Of a stretch of DNA of 64,000 nt, positions 41,244 through 54,482 are shown piece after piece. Under the pieces are notes generated by a model. That model was not told the DNA's origin. It saw nothing but the letters and a program-made list of their open reading frames with translations, and searched no databases. The first letter of the stretch is position 1, and every line of letters starts with the position of its first letter. The position numbers and the translations under genes were made by a program. The stretch is from Octopus vulgaris. Taxonomy: Eukaryota. Location of the stretch: contig OX597830.1 in NCBI GenBank assembly GCA_951406725.2, forward strand, positions 25,172,001-25,236,000, written 5' to 3'.

Positions 41244-41291
<48 letters not shown>
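39729..41291. repeat. Microsatellites (TA)n 39729-39772, (ATT)n ~40263-40337 and (CA)n ~41219-41291
   Basis: Directly visible. Confidence 0.9.
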
Positions 41292-41292
<1 letters not shown>

Positions 41293-44200
41293 GTGAAATC
41301 TCTGTTTACAAATAAGAATTGAAACTTTTTGACAGATGTTTGTTGTTGCCAGTTTGAAGGGAGTTAAACCACAGAACTAAATAGAAAATATTGCTCAACA
41401 ACAAACTTTTCTATGCTTCTATTTTACCAAATAGAATGCAAATATATTCATCAATAAAAGATAACCTAAACTTTATGAAAAGTAATTGAAGGTACAGTTA
41501 TATTATAAAAACTTTGATCAGAAGACATCAAATATGTGAAGTCAATTATAGTGAAATTTGTACCATTAAGAACTGTAAACATTTTCACTCTCCTAAGGAT
41601 TTATATTTCCAAAATCATAAAATATAAGTCTACCATAATAAAACAAACAGCTAAGAAATGATCCAAGACACAGCAAGCCATAAAAAATACAAGAATTTGA
41701 TGGTTATGAAAAACCATATGGACATATTTAATGATGGATAACCAAATAAATGAGCAGCAAAGAATTTGTAATATTTGATACTGTAACAAATTTTAGGAGA
41801 TTTGGTACATAGACAGAAGCTTCAATGTTCTTAACAAAGGCAAATTTGTGTCCAGCTTCATGGTATCCAAGATCCACTTTGCTACCAGAAGATCAGTAAA
41901 GCACAGAGTTACATACAGTATTGACAAGTCCATGGCCTTACAATATTACATTCAAGTCTCTATTGAACACCAAGTGAAACCTTCCCAGAATCTTCACAGG
42001 ACAAAAAAAACAAAAAGAAAAAGACAATGTTGTCACAACACCAACATTCTAATATGTTTCTTTTTACTATCATTATCTTTACCATAAAAAGATTTGTACA
42101 TGTGCAAAACACTTTATAAAAATTTTTAACAAATCAATGACTACCTTGAATAATACCAATACAACATCATCACAAAGACATTTTAACTATTAGAACAAGA
42201 TACAATTTATAACAGGCTTGTTAATCCAAATCATGCATTTTCTCATTATTCTATTTTCATTTTAAAAGGCATCAGTCTTAGTTCTATATACCATTAAAAT
42301 ATCATTAGTTTCCAGTCAATTCAATGTGATCTGCCATCAAGTCATTTTCTTTCTGTTCTTATCTGCTTTGCTACCAAATTAAACTAGAACATAAAATAGT
42401 AACACTGATAAAGTACTGTGTTACTTAAATTGAATTTAACTGATGATATAATTGTTTATTGTACACAAGCAACTATTATTCAAAAGGTACAATAATTAAT
42501 AACACAAAGGCCACAATAAGGTAATGAACAAAAATATCTCAACAAAGTTCAGGCAAGAAAAAAAAGAAAATAGATACAAGAACAATTGAGATTTCGAAGC
42601 TGAGCCTCGCATATGGAGTGACCATGGAATAAGACACATGAAGATATACTATATTGTAAGTACCTGCAGCCCAACTTGAAAAAACAGTCATTAAAATTAT
42701 GTACACTGCAACAGAATTATACATCATAACATCATACAGAATCTAATCTAAAAGTATCTGAATGAATCATAGCTTATGGCATTCAAAGAAAAATTATTCT
42801 ACAATGTTCTTCATGGCAACATCAAACCTGAATTATTAAAAACATATACTTCCAACGTTTTTGTAATACCTCACTTTATAATACTTGCATTATTTATAAA
42901 AATTAATCATTTTTTTCTACTTTTTTAGCACATAATGACAGTAAATCTACTTTAAAGTATAGTTTAAATTCAAATGAAAGTGTTAAATATAACTAGTCAA
43001 ATATTGCAAATATGCAATAGCTTTTCTTACTATAGAACACATATTTTTTAAAACTCCAAACTAATTTATATTCAATTAGAAAAGACCTGATACAAAATAC
43101 TAAATCTGTACTCTGATTATTTTGATTCAATAATAGTTATATAAATTATGTTTATAAATTAAAAAATTTTATTTCAAAAACTTTCACAGTGGAACGCATG
43201 TTTTCAGCTTTAAAAATTTCAAATGACATGGTAAAAGATGTTTAATAAAACAATTTAAATATTATCATTTGTTTTGTTTTCATTGAATGACTATGAGTTT
43301 GTAGAAATAACATTTTTCACTAGATGAATTGAACTTCAAAATGTAACAAAGTTACCTGTTAAATATGTCATCAAGCAGTTGGTTACCTGGAAGGCATCAA
43401 ATAGAAAATTGCTACTCTAATTTGCGTTTTTCCTGCTTATAATTATGTATTTAAATGTTTCTTTCACCAAATCTACATAAAATATTCCAAATAAAATTTC
43501 ATGCCATTCTTCTTCATAGCAATTTAAAGGTGTGCTCAATTGACTAATTTTTTACTATTAAGTATGAGATTTACTTATCCTAAGTGAAGAATCAAAATGT
43601 AAAATTATACCTAGTATCTTGTGGGTTTGAAACTAAAAATATACAATTCATGATGAACAGTTAGTGCAAGACATTCAAATAATTCGTGATTACTGATGGC
43701 ATACCACCAATCTTGCCCACTAATGACTCATTGCAACAGTTAATTATATGGTTTTAAGCACAAACTTTATAGAGACATAATAATTCAAAAATATACATTA
43801 TTTAACATGAAAAATAGAGAGGGTAACTCACTCTCAAGCAGGTGAGAACGCCTGACAAAGTGTGAGAGTGGCTAACAAAGGTCTTGATAAGTGATGCCAA
43901 GATACCCTCAGCCTTATATTCTTAAAAAGTGGTTCTTATTAACGTCTATTACTTGCATAGTCAGTCTATATAGTTGAAACCCAGCTTTCCTACTTAATTT
44001 GCACTTCATCTTTCCCTGCATCTTGTAGGTCATTCAAATCAGTCCTTCATTATATACTTCATATAATTTCAGGGAAAGATGGGCTTCTCTTTATATGCCT
44101 TACATGCTTTCTTCTAGGGTTACCTTTTATTTGGTGGGAAAGTCTTTTTCTCCTCCCTCGCCCATACCCCATAATCTTCAATAGTTTTCCATTACTGACA

Positions 44201-45735
44201 ACCTTCACTTTCTTGTTATCACAGGATGATTGGGTGCTACTATGGTTGTAGGCAAGAGAAGGAATCCCTAGCAATCAGCATCTGGTAGTGAGAACAAGAC
44301 AATTTCTTTTGTTATTGTGACAGGTGGTGCTCTGCAAAACAGAAGCTTCTGGGGCCAGCTGTTGTAGTTACTGCATCTCCTGTTATCTGCTTTCTTTTTT
44401 CAGCTTTTCAGCTCATTCAGGCACTTAAGAGCTTCGAAATTATCAGAACTTGCATGCTAGTCCAGTCGCCCACTTGATCACATCATTCAAAGTTGCCATG
44501 ACGCTCACCCCCTGCTCATACTGTGCCACAACGGTGTCAAGCAAGGATCAATGTAACCAACATTATCCCTTGCAGTGACCCTTATGTTTACATTCCCTCA
44601 TGTAGTTATGGCACCATCTATGGGCAGTTTCCGTCTATCAAATACATTCACAAGGCTTATCATCTTTTACCCACCCTTCAATATTTGTTTCCCATTCATT
44701 GCATTAACACACACCCTCATCCATTCCCCATCCTTCAGGCTCCTAAACACTCTTACAACCTATACCCATCTACTCTCAGTTTTTCTCTTCCCAGTTCCAC
44801 CCCAATCACGCCCAATCTCTCTTCTAACCAGGCTACCGGTAAGCAAAGAACTGTACCTGCGAACAGTAATAACTCACGATACTTATATCCAAGTTATCTC
44901 CCCTTATACCATTGTTTACTTCGTATTTCATATCTTACAAAATCCACTGAACAAGTACTTATCAAAGTACTAGGGATGATATAATCACCCTAAGACCTTC
45001 GAAAGTAATGTCACAGAAGAGTCGCGGTCCCATGTCTGAATCAGTAGAAGGATAAAAATTCAAATGATGTTGGGACTAATTTTAAATGCTATATAATCAA
45101 ATGTCTACACATACAGACAATGATTTGAACGGCCAACTCTAGTTAAAAGTCTATCTCAAGTTATTAATAGAGTCTGTTTCTAATTATATGTATATTCAAG
45201 TTAAAACAACTCTCAAACAGTTCCAAACTAACTCCTATCCTTACATTCACACACACACACACACACATCTATGGAAACCTACATGTAACTTATGGAAACA
45301 TAAGATTACGTCCTAATCCCAAAACAAAAACAAAAAAGGAAACATCTCACCTAGCTGTCCACCAGATATCCTCACCCATAACATCTGCAAGTTGAGAAAC
45401 AATTGTAAGTAATCACCTCTTTTATTCTCACTCCCCACCCCCACCCCAGTAACTGCCAGTATGGTTTTCTTTGAGCCAGTTCAAAAATCTGTACTAATAT
45501 TGTCCCTTCCCAAAGGCGGCGAGTTGGTAAGCCAAACTAACCTTGGCAAAATTCTTATGAAAAGAGTAATTATTTCAAAAATTCCAAAATTTCTCACAAA
45601 CACAATCTCATGCGGAGTATATCACCCTTTACTCATGTTTAACTTCCCTACACAACGTCACATTAGACTACTCACTGCAATAAGACACAATCATATATCA
45701 ACAAACCCTTCTTCATGCACATAAATACATTATAC

Positions 45736-46138
45736 AGGAGTGGCTGTGTGGTAAGTAGCTTGCTTACCAACCACATGGTTCCGGGTTCAGTCCCACTGCG
45801 TGGCATCTTGGGCAAGTGTCTTCTGCTATAGCCTCGGGCCGACCAATGCCTTGTGAGTAGATTTGGTAGACGGAAACTGAAAGAAGCCTGTCGTATATAT
45901 GTATATATATATATATATGTGTGTGTATATGTTTGTGTGTCTGTGTTTGTCCCCACACCATCGCTTGACAACTGATGCTGGTGTGTTTACGTCGCCGTCA
46001 CTTAGCGGTTCGGCAAAAAGAGACCGATAGAATAAGTACTGGGCTTACAAAGAATAAGTCCCGGGGTCGATTTGCTCGACTAAAGGTGGTGCTCCAGCAT
46101 GGCCGCAGTCAAATGACTGAAACAAGTAAAAGAGTAAA
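45736..46138 (+). mobile_element. tRNA-derived SINE, family 2 (CORE-like TTGGGCAAGT box, internal TA/TG microsatellite, AAAGAGT tail)
   Basis: TGGCTGTGTGG A-box-like and GGGTTCAGTCCC B-box-like motifs. Reverse-strand copies at 57935-58410 and 61191-61584. Confidence 0.85.
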
Positions 46139-46157
46139 CTCTAAAAAAAATCACTAA

Positions 46158-46348
46158 ATTAGCACGCCGAGCAAAATGCTTAGCGGCATTTCGTCCGTCT
46201 TTACGTTCTGAGTTCAAATTCTGCCGAGATCGACTTTGCCTATAATCCTTTCGGATCGATAAAATAAGTACCAGTTGAGCACTAGGGTCGATGTAATAAA
46301 CTTACCCCTCCCCAAAATTACTGGCCTTTTGCCAAAACTTGAAACCAA
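46158..46348 (+). mobile_element. SINE family 1 copy, 5'-truncated
   Basis: Aligns by eye with 34231-34440. Confidence 0.8.
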
Positions 46349-47367
46349 TAGAGTTATTTCCCTTCAATTTTATTGTAAGTTGGTGCCTTTCATCCAGTCT
46401 AAAATGAATCGCCAAACCCTTCATACGCATAAACAACACAAAACCCTCAAAAATCACTAAATTTCAGGTTTACATCAGCCTGTAATGGAACAGCTGCAGT
46501 TCTCGGGAATTCCCTTCCCAACCACCTTTTTCCTGCATTGGATATGTTGACTACAAGATGCCCCAAACTTATCAATAATTTATTGATCTCACTAGAGATG
46601 ACTAGGTCAGAGAATCTGAAATGAAATTCTTGTTCTTCCTCTGACAAAATAACAATAAAAGAAAAATTAATCTGAGCAACTGCTCGATATTCTTTAATTC
46701 AACGAGGAAATATAAACTCAAAATATTCTTTCAAAATCAAAACAATCTTATATTAGAATAACTTTTGCATTTTTCAAATGTAATTGTTTCACTTGCTGAG
46801 ATAAATAGTGCGTGTGTGTTCAGTCACCTCATTTAGTGTAGCAGACATCTCCTGCTATTATTTAATTTTCTATAATTTGTAGAATTCCTGCCATGAATAA
46901 TTAATTTTAACATCCAAGTTCAACATTATGAAACAAAATATGCATAATTACAAATATCCTCTAACTTATCACTAGCAAAATATGCAAAATTCATATAATC
47001 TGTATCTGCAAACAGAAGTTTGCATAAATCAAAAATGTCTTCCTTCTCCTTGTCTCTCCACATAATATATCCAGAAACTTCTCTCCCTTCCTTAAAAAGA
47101 AGTTTAATCAGTAAGTAAGTGTCTACAGTCAGTTCAACCTGCAAGTAATAACAGCCAAATTCCCTAAAATCAAACCCTACTGTCTTAAAAATGGAAAGAC
47201 ACATTGGGCAGTAATCTCTAGGTATACAGAAAGCTGGGATCGTCCTAGTTACAACAGCTTTAGTCATTGTTCTGCTCAATTAGGAGAGAAAGGGCTAAAC
47301 AAAAATAACAATAACTAGATTATTCTAATTATAATTACATCGTCGGTATATCATCTTCACTTATATA

Positions 47368-49396
47368 TGTAGCGAATCTTGCATGCATGAAGTGGATCCG
47401 ATCCACCACAGCCAAATTTAAATTAAAACTGCTACAGAACTTTTCCCACGATAGAACAATGGTTTTACATCTTCCAGATGCCTTTACCTAGGCCGAAATA
47501 ATGTCTTCACCACTTTGACCCTTTCTAACCTCTTCTACTTCACCAAAAGCTAGAATAGATACGAGGGGCGTTCAATAAGTAATGCCCCTGACCCACTTCC
47601 CATAGCAGTAGAGCAACGACACTTGGCACAGTTATTAGTCTTTTCCTACATAGGAACTACCCAGAGTTATGCATTTCTCCCATTGTTTGATACAGCTCTG
47701 GAGACCGTTTTTGTAGGAGACCCCAGCTTGGTCCTCCAACCACGACGTGACTTCAGAAATCAAGGCTGCATCATCTGGGAAACGCTTTCCTTTCAAAATC
47801 AACTTCATGGCTGGGAAGAGGTGAAAATCAGAGGGTGCAAGGGGAGGAATTCATAGCTGCACGCCTGTGCTTCTGATCTGGCGACACGCGAGTTGTGGAC
47901 CGGAGCGTTGTCCTGCAGGAGGAGGATGCCTTTGCTGATCTTGCCCCGCCTCTTGATTTTGATAGCTTCTCTTAATTTCCTCAAAAGTGAAGCATAATAG
48001 GCTCCTGTAATTGTGGTACCCTTTGCCAGGAAATCTGTCATCACTACTCCGTCCTGGTCCCAGAAGACTGTGAGCATAACCTTGTCAGCGGAGGGCTGCA
48101 CCCTTGCCTTCTTTGGAGGAGGTGAGTCACGGTGCTTTCACTGCATTGACTGGGCTTTGGTCTATGGATCATAGTGATGGACCCAGGTTTTATCCTGTGT
48201 GATCAGTCTTTTGAAAAATTTTGACTCATCTTCTTGGCACATCTCCAAATTCATCCTCGAGCACTCAACGCGTTCTTGCTTCTGGAAAGGTGTGAGCAAC
48301 CTGGAAATCCATCTGGCAGACACCTTTTGCATATGCAAATGGTCATGAATGATAGTTTCCACAGACCCGGTACTAATCTTGACCTTATGGGCTATTTGGC
48401 GAATAGTTATGCATTGACCTTCCAAAATGGCAGCCTCAACTTGACGGACAGACGTCTCATCAACGGCAGAAGGGGGCGACCAGAATTGGGAGCTGTTTCC
48501 ACAGAGTTCTGACTATGTTTGAATTCACAATGCCAGCGTTTTACAAGGTCATATGATGGGGCATCATCACCATAAGTTACTTTCATTTCATCAAAAGTCT
48601 CCCGTGGTGTGCGTCCTTTCAAATACAAAAACCAGATCACTGCTCGACACTCAACAGGCTCCATTTCACACTTGACTCAGTTCAAACACCTGTAAATCAG
48701 ACACCACAATTAGTTCAGAGCTGTAATTCGCCACTTAATCTATAGAGGTATAAATAAGTGCACATGCAAAATTTCAGCTAGATCAAACAACTGCAAGTGG
48801 GTCAGGGGCATTACTTATTGAACGCTCCTCGTAACAAGACCACCAACTAAATCTATTGTTCTCAGTGATATATCTATCCTTCTGGATAGTTATATAAGCA
48901 ATCACACCCCAAGCAAAAATCAGTTAGTCACTGCGGTGACAACTCAGTGAGAACGAAGTCTGGCTGGCTGATCAGCTAGAACGTTGGTCAGAAGGAGAAA
49001 TGAAGTTTACTGCCAGCAACTGAGACAACGTTCCACACCCTACAATTCTCTCTAGCTCTAATTCTGTTCTCTTACAACATCATTCTATCTCTCTCTGTAT
49101 TTAGTACTAAACAACGAAGAGGACACATACACTAACTTTACTTCGCATGCTTTTGGATTTAACGTAACCTGCCCGTCAAGGCAAGGTATTTGTAACGTAA
49201 CGGTAAATAAAAATTTCCCTAAAACTTTATGCACTTTGTTCTTTCACATCTTACAACATGCAATCATAATAACAAATTATTTCTCCCGTTACAATTGCTG
49301 ACTAACAACATCTCATAAAATTGTTTACTAATCAATTTCTCCCGTTACAATTGGTAACCTAACCACACCAAAAGAAAACAATTTCTTGCCGTTACA
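47368..49396 (+). mobile_element. Candidate solo LTR (~757 bp after removing the nested mariner)
   Basis: Termini TGTAGCG...CGTTACA flanked by TATA(TA) on both sides; internal TATATAA (48891) and AATAAA (49206). Confidence 0.4.
47562..48831 (-). mobile_element. Full-length (1,270 bp) mariner element with inactivated transposase (irritans/Himar-like)
   Basis: TA TSD; 37-bp TIRs CGAGG(G/A)GCGTTCAATAAGTAATGCCCCTGACCCACTT with 1 mismatch. ATG at 48664; motifs WISRLL, ITQDKTWVHHYDP, KVMLTVFWD, LLQDNAPVH. Contains frameshifts and stops and has lost YSPDLAP. Confidence 0.95.
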
Positions 49397-49668
49397 TATA
49401 TATTACTATGGTTACTACTTATATTTCTGGTTTATTTGCTTTGTTGTCGATTCTTCGGATTTCACTTTATCTTTTATATATTAAAATACATTCTCTGGAA
49501 AAGGGTACTGCCCAAACTGAAGAATATTATTCTATCATATATAAGGGATTTGTGTTGTTTGCTTGTATTTTTTTCTTGTATTTTTTTTTTGTCCTGTTAA
49601 GATACTATTGACTAATGTCTGTCATGTCACTGAGCGAATGTTATCTTTTCCGCGTCAATATTTCTAAA

Positions 49669-49882
49669 GGCAGTGAGCTAGCAGAAACGTTAGCACGCCG
49701 GGCGAAATGAACTAGCGGCATTTCGTCTGTCTTTATGTTCTGAGTTCAAATTCCGCCGAGGTCGACTTTGCCTTTCATCCTTTCGAGGTCGATAAATTAA
49801 GTATCAGTTACGTACTGAGTTGATCTAATTAACTGCCCCCCTCCCCACAAATTTTGGGCCTTGTGCCTAGAGTAGAAAAGAC
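49669..49882 (+). mobile_element. SINE family 1, full length with TSD
   Basis: A/B boxes; 10-bp TSD TATTTCTAAA at 49659-49668 and 49883-49892. Confidence 0.9.
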
Positions 49883-50576
49883 TATTTCTAAATAGATTTT
49901 TAATGCTTCCTGAATTAGAATGTCAATACTGAAAGAAAAAGAAAACACAGAACAACGAAAGAGGGCGACTAAAGTAGAGAGAGATTAAAGGGAGCTTACT
50001 CTTCTAGTCTGCTGCTCTAATTATATACATTTACGACAATTATTTTGACTGTCGGTGGTTTAGAGGTGAGTTACTTAGTTTTAAGGTAAACAAATTACAA
50101 ACAACTATCTATTTCAGTTTTTCGACTACATAAGTTTATGTTGATAATCTTATATTTAACTGTTTTACTACTACGTAACACTAGTTAATCTCCTGCTCTA
50201 TAGCAATTCTTTTACGTATTTATTTTGCATGGTTTCATTTTTACTTTTTGTATATGGGACGTTCAACAATAGTGAAGTTCTTGGAAACTCGACTTCGACG
50301 ACGTTCGGATTCCCAGAAAGAAACCCTTTCTGATTTAAATAACTTCTTTAACTTGATTGTTTAATCGTATTCTGTAGTAGTTACACGGTTCAAACTTCGT
50401 CCCTCAACTATTTGCACTTGTTCCAAAAACTATATTGCTATCAGAATTATTGAATTTCTGTTTTGCCACTGAAACACGTCAGTTACACGTAAGTCACTTC
50501 TTTGATATTTCAGAACCCAAAAAGTTGTGCAAATCCCACCCAACACTATTTTGGTCCCACACTAGTTCCAGTGATG

Positions 50577-50627
<51 letters not shown>

Positions 50628-50649
50628 CACACACACACACATATACATT

Positions 50650-50923
50650 AAGGCGGCGAGCTGGCAGAATCGTTAGTACGCTGGGAGAAATGCTTAGCGG
50701 TATTTTGTCGTTCTTTCGGGGTCGATTAAATAAGTACCTGTAGCGTACTGAGTGGGGGGGGGGCGATCTAATCGACTCCCCCCCTCCTCAAAAATTCTGG
50801 GCTTTGTATCTAGGGTAAAAAAGAATAAGTACCAGTTACGCACTGGGATCGATGTAATCGACTTAATCCCTTTGTCTGTTCTTGTTTGTCCGCTCTACGT
50901 TTAGCACCCTGTGGGCAATAAAG

Positions 50924-50925
<2 letters not shown>
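50650..50925 (+). mobile_element. SINE family 1, internally deleted, with a second 3' tail; inserted among (TA)n tracts
   Basis: GGCGGCGAGCTGGCAGAATCGTTAG head; the AATAAGTACC...GATC/GTAATCGACT segment occurs twice. Confidence 0.75.
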
Positions 50926-50964
<39 letters not shown>

Positions 50965-50967
<3 letters not shown>

Positions 50968-51344
50968 TACCGTCAGAAATTAATTAGCACCCTTGATTTG
51001 CTCTTCACTCAAGGTATGTGCTGTCACCTAGTGGCCATATCTTGAACTATTGCTTTGTTGCGAGTTCACTGTTGCGCAGAACGATGACGTAACTTTGTTT
51101 GCAGAGCAGTTTGAGAGTCTACAGCCTTATGATGTTGACATAGCAGTGCAACAACAACTTGGAGTGCAGATGCAGACAAATCTTCCTTTGTTGAATAGAT
51201 ATAGGTAGCGCCTCGCAAGGACCAAAATCACACCATACTAAGTTTTCTCATCGCGTAAGACATTTTGAACAGCTCATAGGTTAATTGATTTAACCTATTT
51301 AATGTAGAAATTTGAGAAGTGCTAATTAATTTCTGACGCAAGTG
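50965..51344. mobile_element. Tc1/mariner-type MITE (380 bp)
   Basis: 26-bp TIRs CACT(AC/TG)CGTCAGAAATTAATTAGCAC with 2 mismatches, TA on both sides, no ORF. Confidence 0.85.
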
Positions 51345-53226
51345 TATATATAAAATGAAACTAATGTTCCGTAATTCTTAATCAGTTGTGAATTCATTCT
51401 TAAATACTATGTTTCCGTGTAGGATGTCGAAGGAAAAGCAGCCTAGCAGAGCGCATTCCACACTAGGCTACAGATTTAAAGTGAAGTGTAACGACTCAGA
51501 CGAGAATCGAACCTGTTGGCACAGCTTACCAGAATCTTAGCGCTGTTCTATGACGCTCACACCATATTAACACCAGAAAATCAATAAATGTGATATTTTT
51601 TCAGAATCGAGAAATCCAAATTTTTAAACACCAAGTTTCAAATTAACTATTTTCAGAAGTTAAAAACAAAAAAAATTGGAATTGGAGAAAATTAAAAACT
51701 CATAAAACTTGTAATCTCCTGTGTTGAAAGTATAGAGATACAAAAAAAAATTTTGAAAAAACAAGCAATAAGAATAAAGGGTGGGGTACTCATTCAATAC
51801 GTCTGGACATTGCCATAGCCTTCATATTTCCACTTTTAATTGTTATAACAGATCAAATAAGCATCTCTTCATGACATGTTAGCTTCATTTGTGAAGGGAA
51901 GTAATACTTTTCAGTTTGGAGACTTGGCCATATTTTGAAGTATTTGGCTTAAGATGGTCTCTAGCCGATATCTGTTAAAGTTGGTGCAACCCTGTTATTT
52001 TCACGACTGGTACATTATTATATATATCCCCTATACAGATGCTCAGTTGCATCACAGCTGATGTTCTGATCGATATAGAAAAAAGTAACTTTCTGTGATA
52101 CATCTTTTTTATCCTTTAGCCAGGAGGGAAGGCAATGCTCATGACCCCTTACAAGGCCTCTGACACTTGAGGGAGAAAGGAAGGAAAGTATCCTTAAACC
52201 AGTAACAGAATAAGTCTACCACTTAAGTAAGCCTTACCAGAATTTGAACTGTGAATGCACAGAGACAGAAAAGATACTGCAAGGCATCCTGTTCAAAACT
52301 CTAACAATTCCTCAGCAGAATTTGAACCCAGAACACTTGGAGTCAGAACAAATATTGTAATGTTTTCTATCCAATTTTCAGACTATCCTATTAAGTCACT
52401 GCTTGAAACTGAATTCAGCAACTTCAAAAAATATTGAAACTGATTTCTTTAGAATGAACCAATAATAAGAGTTGACTTTATAGTCACAAAAAGTATAGAC
52501 AAAATAAACTTTGCCAACTTAATAAACAGGAATTTGAGATTATTTCTATTAGCCTGTCAACTACAATAAAGATACACTGAGAAACAAAGTTCATTGAAAA
52601 TTAACAACTTTTAAGTCAGTAAATTTGTTATTATTTCCATATTATTGTGTTTGTATCTTGAAGATTATAGTTCCATTTCAACATGCAATTTAGGATTTGA
52701 TGCCTCAAGCAGAAATCTTTGTAGTTCCAGAGGGAACTTGCAAGTGCAATAGAAACCCTTCAGTTTCAAATTCATAGGCATGTAACTTATAAATTAGTGT
52801 CTTGTTTTTATAAGTTTTTGGAAACTACGACGGTAGAGAATTTCAAATTAGCAATCAAAATTCCACTCATAAGCAAGGGATTACCCTCCTTTGCTTCAGA
52901 TATTTGGTCAAGTTATTGGTACTTAAAATTAGTTTTAGGTTAATACCGCTAAGAGTTTAACCATTTATAACACTAAGTCCAACTGCAAACAGAATGCTAT
53001 ATGAGTATTGATTACACATTTCGATTCCCTATCGTATAAATGACTTGACTTTTTCCTAGCAAATCAAACCATAGAGAGGTTCCATCATTGATTTGGTGAG
53101 TTAGTTGTGAAATCCCTGGTTAATCCCCGTCAAGAAACCCTATGACATGCATGGAACTATCCAAATAAGGCATTATCCACAGATGCAACTTCTCAGCTAA
53201 ACTGGGGACCATACTGCATGCTTCAA

Positions 53227-54482
53227 TATCATGGTATCAAAAAGTTCCCAGACTAGTTATGCTTAATAAAAAAAATAACTTATTCACCTAAGTTTTAACA
53301 TCATCTCCTTTAAAATAGTCACCTTGCAGTGTTCCTGCCACTTTCGGAATCTGGCCTGAAAGTCGTATTCTGTAAGTGACTTGAGGACCTGCAATTTGTT
53401 CTGGATCTCAACAATGATGTTAAAACAGCGATCTTTGAACTGCATTTTCATCTTGGAGAAGAGATGGAAGTCCGCAGGTGCTAAATCTGGTGAACAGGGT
53501 GAGTATGGAAGCAATATCATGTTGTTTTTGGTGAGAAACTCATGAGTGAGAAGAGCTTGGTGACAGGGAGCATTGTCATCGTGAAGATTCCAATTTTTCA
53601 CATTCCACAGATCTGGTTGCTTTCACCAAATGTCCTTGCTTAAATGCTTCAAAACGTCATAGTAGAATTTTTAATTGACAGTCTAGCCCTGGGGGACGAA
53701 TTCTCAATGCACAATACCACAGATATTGAAAAAATAATGAGTATGCTCTTGATTGAGCTGCAGTTCTGTTATGCCTTCTTCGGTCATGGAAATGAAAAGC
53801 TCTTCCACTGTGATGACTGCTGCTTCATCTCAGGGTCATTACCTGTAGATCCAACTCACATCACCAGTGATGATCCTCAACATGAAGGATGGGTCGTCAG
53901 CAGCATGCTGATGGAGATCTTGACAGATTTTGACACAATGCTCTTTCTACTCAATGGTCAGCAGGCAGGGGACAAACTTTGCAGAGACATGCCACATGTT
54001 CAATTCAAACATTAGGATTGCCTGCACAGACCCACAACATCAGCAATGTCATTAATTGTCCTCCGACAATCCTCATGCACAAGCTGATAAATTTTCTCCA
54101 CATTGCCAAGTGTGCCACTCATGGCAGGTTTTCCAGATCCCTCATCATCTTCCAGGGATGTTCTTCTACCTTTGATGCACCCATGCCACTCAATTGTGTA
54201 CGACCCATTGCCTCCTCATAATAAGCTTGCCAAAGCATGTTCATTGCCTCACAAGCAGAAATGCAAAATTTCACATTAGCTCTCTTTATTCTAACTTCCT
54301 GTTCATGACAAAATTGCTGACTACTGCATAGACTTGGTCACAAAAACACAAATTTCACAACTTGCAAAGTAAACAGCACACTGCTTCATAAAGGTCACTC
54401 CTAGCACACACTGCACATGCAACCATGTGCTGCCATCTGTTGGTATGCTACAGAACTAGTCCAATTTCAATACCACCTCATA
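53227..54482 (-). mobile_element. Older degraded mariner element
   Basis: WNLHDDNAPCHQALLTHEFLTKNNMILLPYSPCSPDLAPADFHLFSKMK (DNAxxH, SPDLAPxDF), IITGD-like motif, and degenerate TIRs ending in GACTAGTT. Confidence 0.85.

Noticed and set aside
43800-45000. ORFs 44059-44274, 44523-44984 and 44575-44973
   Set aside because: No recognisable domain or exon structure, and they include a SINE fragment (~44625-44660); probably degraded repeat sequence.
51490-51570. tRNA gene on the minus strand (GGTTCGATTCT B-box)
   Set aside because: No acceptor stem or cloverleaf can be built; at most a SINE head.
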